Positions 60,665 through 64,000 of a stretch of 64,000 nt of DNA are shown one piece after another; the stretch's first letter is position 1, and each line of letters begins with the position of its first letter. Both the position numbers and the translations under genes were made by a program. The notes under the pieces are model-generated. The model was not told where the DNA came from. It saw only the letters and a list, made by a program, of their open reading frames with translations, and did not search any database. The stretch is from an uncultured delta proteobacterium (GTDB taxonomy: Bacteria; Desulfobacterota; RBG-13-43-22), in contig CAWDKY010000029.1 of the NCBI GenBank assembly GCA_963802945.1, positions 64,001-128,000 of the forward strand, in the 5' to 3' direction.

Positions 60665-61102
60665 ATGAGGCCATCTTTTGCCTTTCCCATACCGGCGGAG
60701 CAACTCATTCCTCATCGGCCGCCCATACGCATTATTGACCGGCTGTTATCATACGACGGCCTCCAGGGGGTGGTGGAGTCTGTCATAATGCCCGATAGTA
60801 TTTGCATTGCGGATAATGGGGTCATTGAGCAGGCGGCCATGATAGAATTGATCGCTCAATCTTTTGCGGCAGTCAAAGGATACGCCGACTTCCTGGAGGA
60901 AAAACCGGTCCACAAGGGTTTTCTGGTGGGGGTCAAACATTTCGTTTTTCATAAAACAGCCAATGGTGGGGAACGGTTGTTGGTTTTCATTTCACCCGTT
61001 GGGGAAACGGACGAATTCGCCCTGGCCGAGGGCCGGGTAACGCGCGGGGAAGAGGTGCTGGCCACCGGAAACGTCATGGTTTGGATTCCCAGGGAGAGTT
61101 GA
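60665..61102 (+). CDS. Hotdog-fold 3-hydroxyacyl-ACP dehydratase-like protein (ApeP/FabZ-like)
   Basis: LIPHRPP...ID, IELIAQS.A, GFLVGV. Confidence 0.8.
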   Translation: MRPSFAFPIPAEQLIPHRPPIRIIDRLLSYDGLQGVVESVIMPDSICIADNGVIEQAAMIELIAQSFAAVKGYADFLEEKPVHKGFLVGVKHFVFHKTANGGERLLVFISPVGETDEFALAEGRVTRGEEVLATGNVMVWIPRES

Positions 61103-61764
61103 GGTTGTCCAAAAAATATTTCTATCTAATCGTCATTACTATTTCCTCTCTCTTATATGCACCCCAGGGATCGGCAGGAGAGATGAAACCCGAACAGGGA
61201 GCAAGGGAAACCCAATCTCAAACTTTTTCTCTTATTGCAGCCGAGGCGTCAAGGCTACAGACCCTCTCAAGCGACTTTTCTCAAGAGAGACACCTTTCCA
61301 TGCTGAAAGAGCCCTTGATCTCCAGCGGAAAGTTTGCTTATGAAAAACCGGACCGTATTTACTGGGAAATCGTTAAGCCTTCTCCGGCGGGATTTATTGT
61401 CCAAGGAGATAAGTTGAAACGGTGGAGCGGCGACCCACAGGACACCGAAACCTTGGAGGTTGCTCAGGTGCCGATAGCCAAGGCCATTGTCGATCAGGTA
61501 TTTGCCTGGACCAGGGCTGATTTTTCCTGGTTGGAAAAAAGGTACCGGATCACCGTGACTGAAGAGACTCCTTCCAAACTGAAGCTTATTCCCCTTTATG
61601 CTCAGGAAAAGAAGTTCCTCACCCATATCACCATCGCCTTTTCCGAAGACTGGACCCATATTCGTTCAGTGGAGCTACACGAAAAAGGCGGAGATTTTAC
61701 ACGAATTCGGTTTCTTAATACCCTTATAAATCCATCCTTACCGAAAGATCTTTTTGGGAAATAA
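61081..61764 (+). CDS. Outer-membrane lipoprotein carrier LolA-like protein
   Basis: Signal-like N-terminus (true start likely TTG near 61099-61105), FSQERHLSML, SSGKF.YEKP..IYWE..KP, GDFTRIRF. Confidence 0.8.
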   Translation: MDSQGELRLSKKYFYLIVITISSLLYAPQGSAGEMKPEQGARETQSQTFSLIAAEASRLQTLSSDFSQERHLSMLKEPLISSGKFAYEKPDRIYWEIVKPSPAGFIVQGDKLKRWSGDPQDTETLEVAQVPIAKAIVDQVFAWTRADFSWLEKRYRITVTEETPSKLKLIPLYAQEKKFLTHITIAFSEDWTHIRSVELHEKGGDFTRIRFLNTLINPSLPKDLFGK

Positions 61765-64000
61765 TGGCTTCTTCATTTGCATGGTTTTCAAGAAGTTTCC
61801 ACTTTTTTTCGCAACACAAAATGGTTCTATACGCCGCCATCCTGATTGTTGTCGTGTTGAGTGGTATCACCTTGTCCAAAATTAAGCTCAGTGAAGATCT
61901 CCAACCCATGCTTCCGGCCGGACAATCCGATGCCGCCCGAGATATTGCTTTACTGCAACAGGCACCCTTTATGCAGAAGGTTGTAATCAACCTCAAGGCC
62001 GAACCGAACATCGACCAGAAGGCCCTTATAGAAGCAGCGGACAAGCTGGCCGGGGCCTTGAAAAGACCCTATTACAGCCGGGTAGTTGCCGGACCTCAGA
62101 TGCCGTCGCCTGAACGGTTCTTTCCCTGGCTTCTTGAGGCCACCCCAGCGCTTTTGAACGAGATGGATCTGCAAGAAATCAAGACAGGTCTTTATTCGCA
62201 AAGCATTCATTCCAAACTTCAACACATCCGGGAGAGGCTGAATTCGCCGGAAGGATGGGTCATGAAAAGCCTTTTACAGGAAGACCCTCTGGAGCTTCAC
62301 CGGATCGTCCTGGAAAAATTTCGCTTTCTGAATATGTTTAAGGGGATGGTCCTTAAGGACCAGCATTTTCTCAGTGCCGACGGCCGAAATGCCCTGCTAG
62401 TGGCCGATACTTCCGTGAAGATTACGGATTCCCAAGGGACAAAAGACCTGGTTCTATACACTCAGGGAATCATCGACCGTCAAACCCAGCCGGGCATCAA
62501 GGTTTCTTTTCTGAGCGGCCACGCTTATACCTATGCCAATGCGGAGACGGTTAAATCCGACCTCTATGTCATATTCTCTTGTACCTCCCTGACGATCCTG
62601 GTACTCCTTTTTTTGTTTATGCAGAATTGGAGGGCCGTCTTTATCTTCCTGGTACCCGCTTCCGTAGTCTTAATTGCCACGGCCGGGGTGTTGGCCGTTT
62701 ATCAGACCATCTCGGCCATCACCATCGCCTTCGGCTCCGTGCTAATGGGCATCGCCGATGACTACCCGATATTCACCTATTTCTCTCTGAGGAATCGGGG
62801 GTGCTTATCCCGGGGAAGTGGTGGCTGAAATTGCGCCTCCGGTGCTCTTTAGCGGGTTGGCCACCATGGTCACCTTCAGCGCCCTTTTTTTTTCCGATCT
62901 TCCCGGTCAGCGTCAAATCGCCTTTTTTTCCATTGTGGGCATCATCGCCTCCTTGGCCTTTTCCCTCGTGGTTTTGCCTCACTTCATTCGGGGTCTGCCG
63001 CCGGCCAGGTACTCCATAATTCACAGGATGCCGGCCAAGCGCAAGCCTTATCGGGTTCTTATCATCGGAGGCTGGCTGCTCCTCCTGGCCGTCAGTTTAT
63101 GGCAAGGAAGCCGGGTGGTTTTTAACGGGGATATGCGGTCCATTAATATGGTTCCAAAGGCATTAATGGAAACAGAAAAGACCTTCAAGCGAACCTGGGG
63201 GGATTTCCGGGAAACAGCCCTGGTCTTCACCGAGGGGAGAGACCTTCAGGCGGCCTTAGTCAATAATGATCGCTTATTTGCCTATCTCAAAGGGAAAATC
63301 CCCGATGAACAGATCGTAAGCCTCGCCTCCCTTTTCCCTTCGACGGCAACCCAGGAGGAAAATATCCGGCGGTGGGAGACCCTGTGGGACAAAGAGACGC
63401 AAAACAGGGTCCGGACCCTCTTTATCAGGGAAGGAGACAAGGCCGGTTTTCAGCCCCAGGCCTTTGTCCCTTTTTTTACAAGGTTGGCGATCAAGCCTAC
63501 CCTCGTTACCTTGGAAGGGCTGAAAAAAGCGGGGCTTGGAGACTTAATAAACTCCCTGATCGTAAGGGAAGGAGATAAAACACGCCTGCTCACCCTGGTT
63601 CCGGACACCCCTCAGATGGCGGCGCTTTTCAGTAAAAATGCCGATCTTCCTTTTGCCGCCCGTTTTGTATCTCAAGGCGGTTTCAACCAAACTATCAGCC
63701 GGGCCATGATCAGAAATTTTATTCAATATATCATCACGGCCTTCCTGGTGATCCTGGTGTTTCTGGCGCTGCTTTTCCGCAAGGTCGGAAAGGTGTTCTG
63801 GGCCATGATTCCTGGGATTACCGGCCTTATGGTTATGTTCGGCGTTATGGGATGGCGGGGGATTGAATTTAATCTGTTCAATATCATAGCTACTATCCTG
63901 GTCATCGGTTTGAGTGTCGATCTCGGCATCTTCATGGTCAGTCGGATTTCCGGAGGCGATGAGGCCAACACCGGTCTGGGTGTTCTTCTCGGGGGCCTGA
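61764..64000 (+). CDS. MMPL/RND-like exporter of FAS-II/aryl-polyene type clusters (frameshift near 62810, runs off the window end)
   Basis: Multi-TM protein with GIADDY. The second frame continues ...VAEIAPPVLFSGLAT...IGLSVDLGIF. Confidence 0.8.

Noticed and set aside
25581-62830. Frameshifts in ffh, ppdK, the spermidine synthase-like gene, rluB, scpB, the CCA-adding fusion, MMPL and the 28002 paralog, read as programmed frameshifting or pseudogenisation
   Set aside because: Single indels are scattered over unrelated genes, some essential (ffh), with otherwise intact sequence and no shared slippery motif that I could see. Sequencing or assembly error is the simplest explanation; read mapping would decide.

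Overview
Bacterial chromosomal window. The gene set, gene order and repeat families suggest an anaerobic Desulfobacterota ('Deltaproteobacteria')-like organism; this is inference. Content: (1) 1-7.0 kb, a branched-chain amino acid (HAAT/Liv) ABC transporter operon, an IS91-family transposase remnant and a two-subunit family I CoA-transferase. (2) 7.1-16 kb, a repeat-rich accessory region of minus-strand, cassette-like genes: an ICMT/PEMT-family protein, an unannotated 46-aa lipoprotein, a DksA/TraR protein, a SEC-C protein, an unannotated 36-aa basic peptide, a wHTH + wHTH-HEPN gene pair and a B12 radical SAM enzyme. It also holds a duplicated ~360-bp promoter/leader-ORF/GTTRRRY module and is followed by a divergent AbiEi/AbiEii type IV TA system. 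(3) 16-27 kb, housekeeping genes (smpB, ptsI, ptsH, rsmI, yraN, rnhB, rplS, trmD, rimM, khpA, rpsP, ffh). (4) tRNA-Leu(CAA), tRNA-Ala(GGC), fabH, ppdK, an acyl-CoA synthetase, a REC-HD-GYP protein, an RND efflux operon, a USP and tRNA-Val(CAC). (5) A fused membrane/spermidine synthase-like gene, two Fe-ADHs, and the xerD-CBS/CCA-S2P-trpS-scpA-scpB-rluB operon. (6) The start of an aryl-polyene/FAS-II-like cluster. Several core genes carry single frameshifts, most likely sequencing indels. The best novelty candidates are the wHTH/wHTH-HEPN pair (possible anti-phage or TA system) and the integrase-less, attI/Pc-like duplicated expression module upstream of it. All family calls come from motif recognition by eye; no database searches were run.
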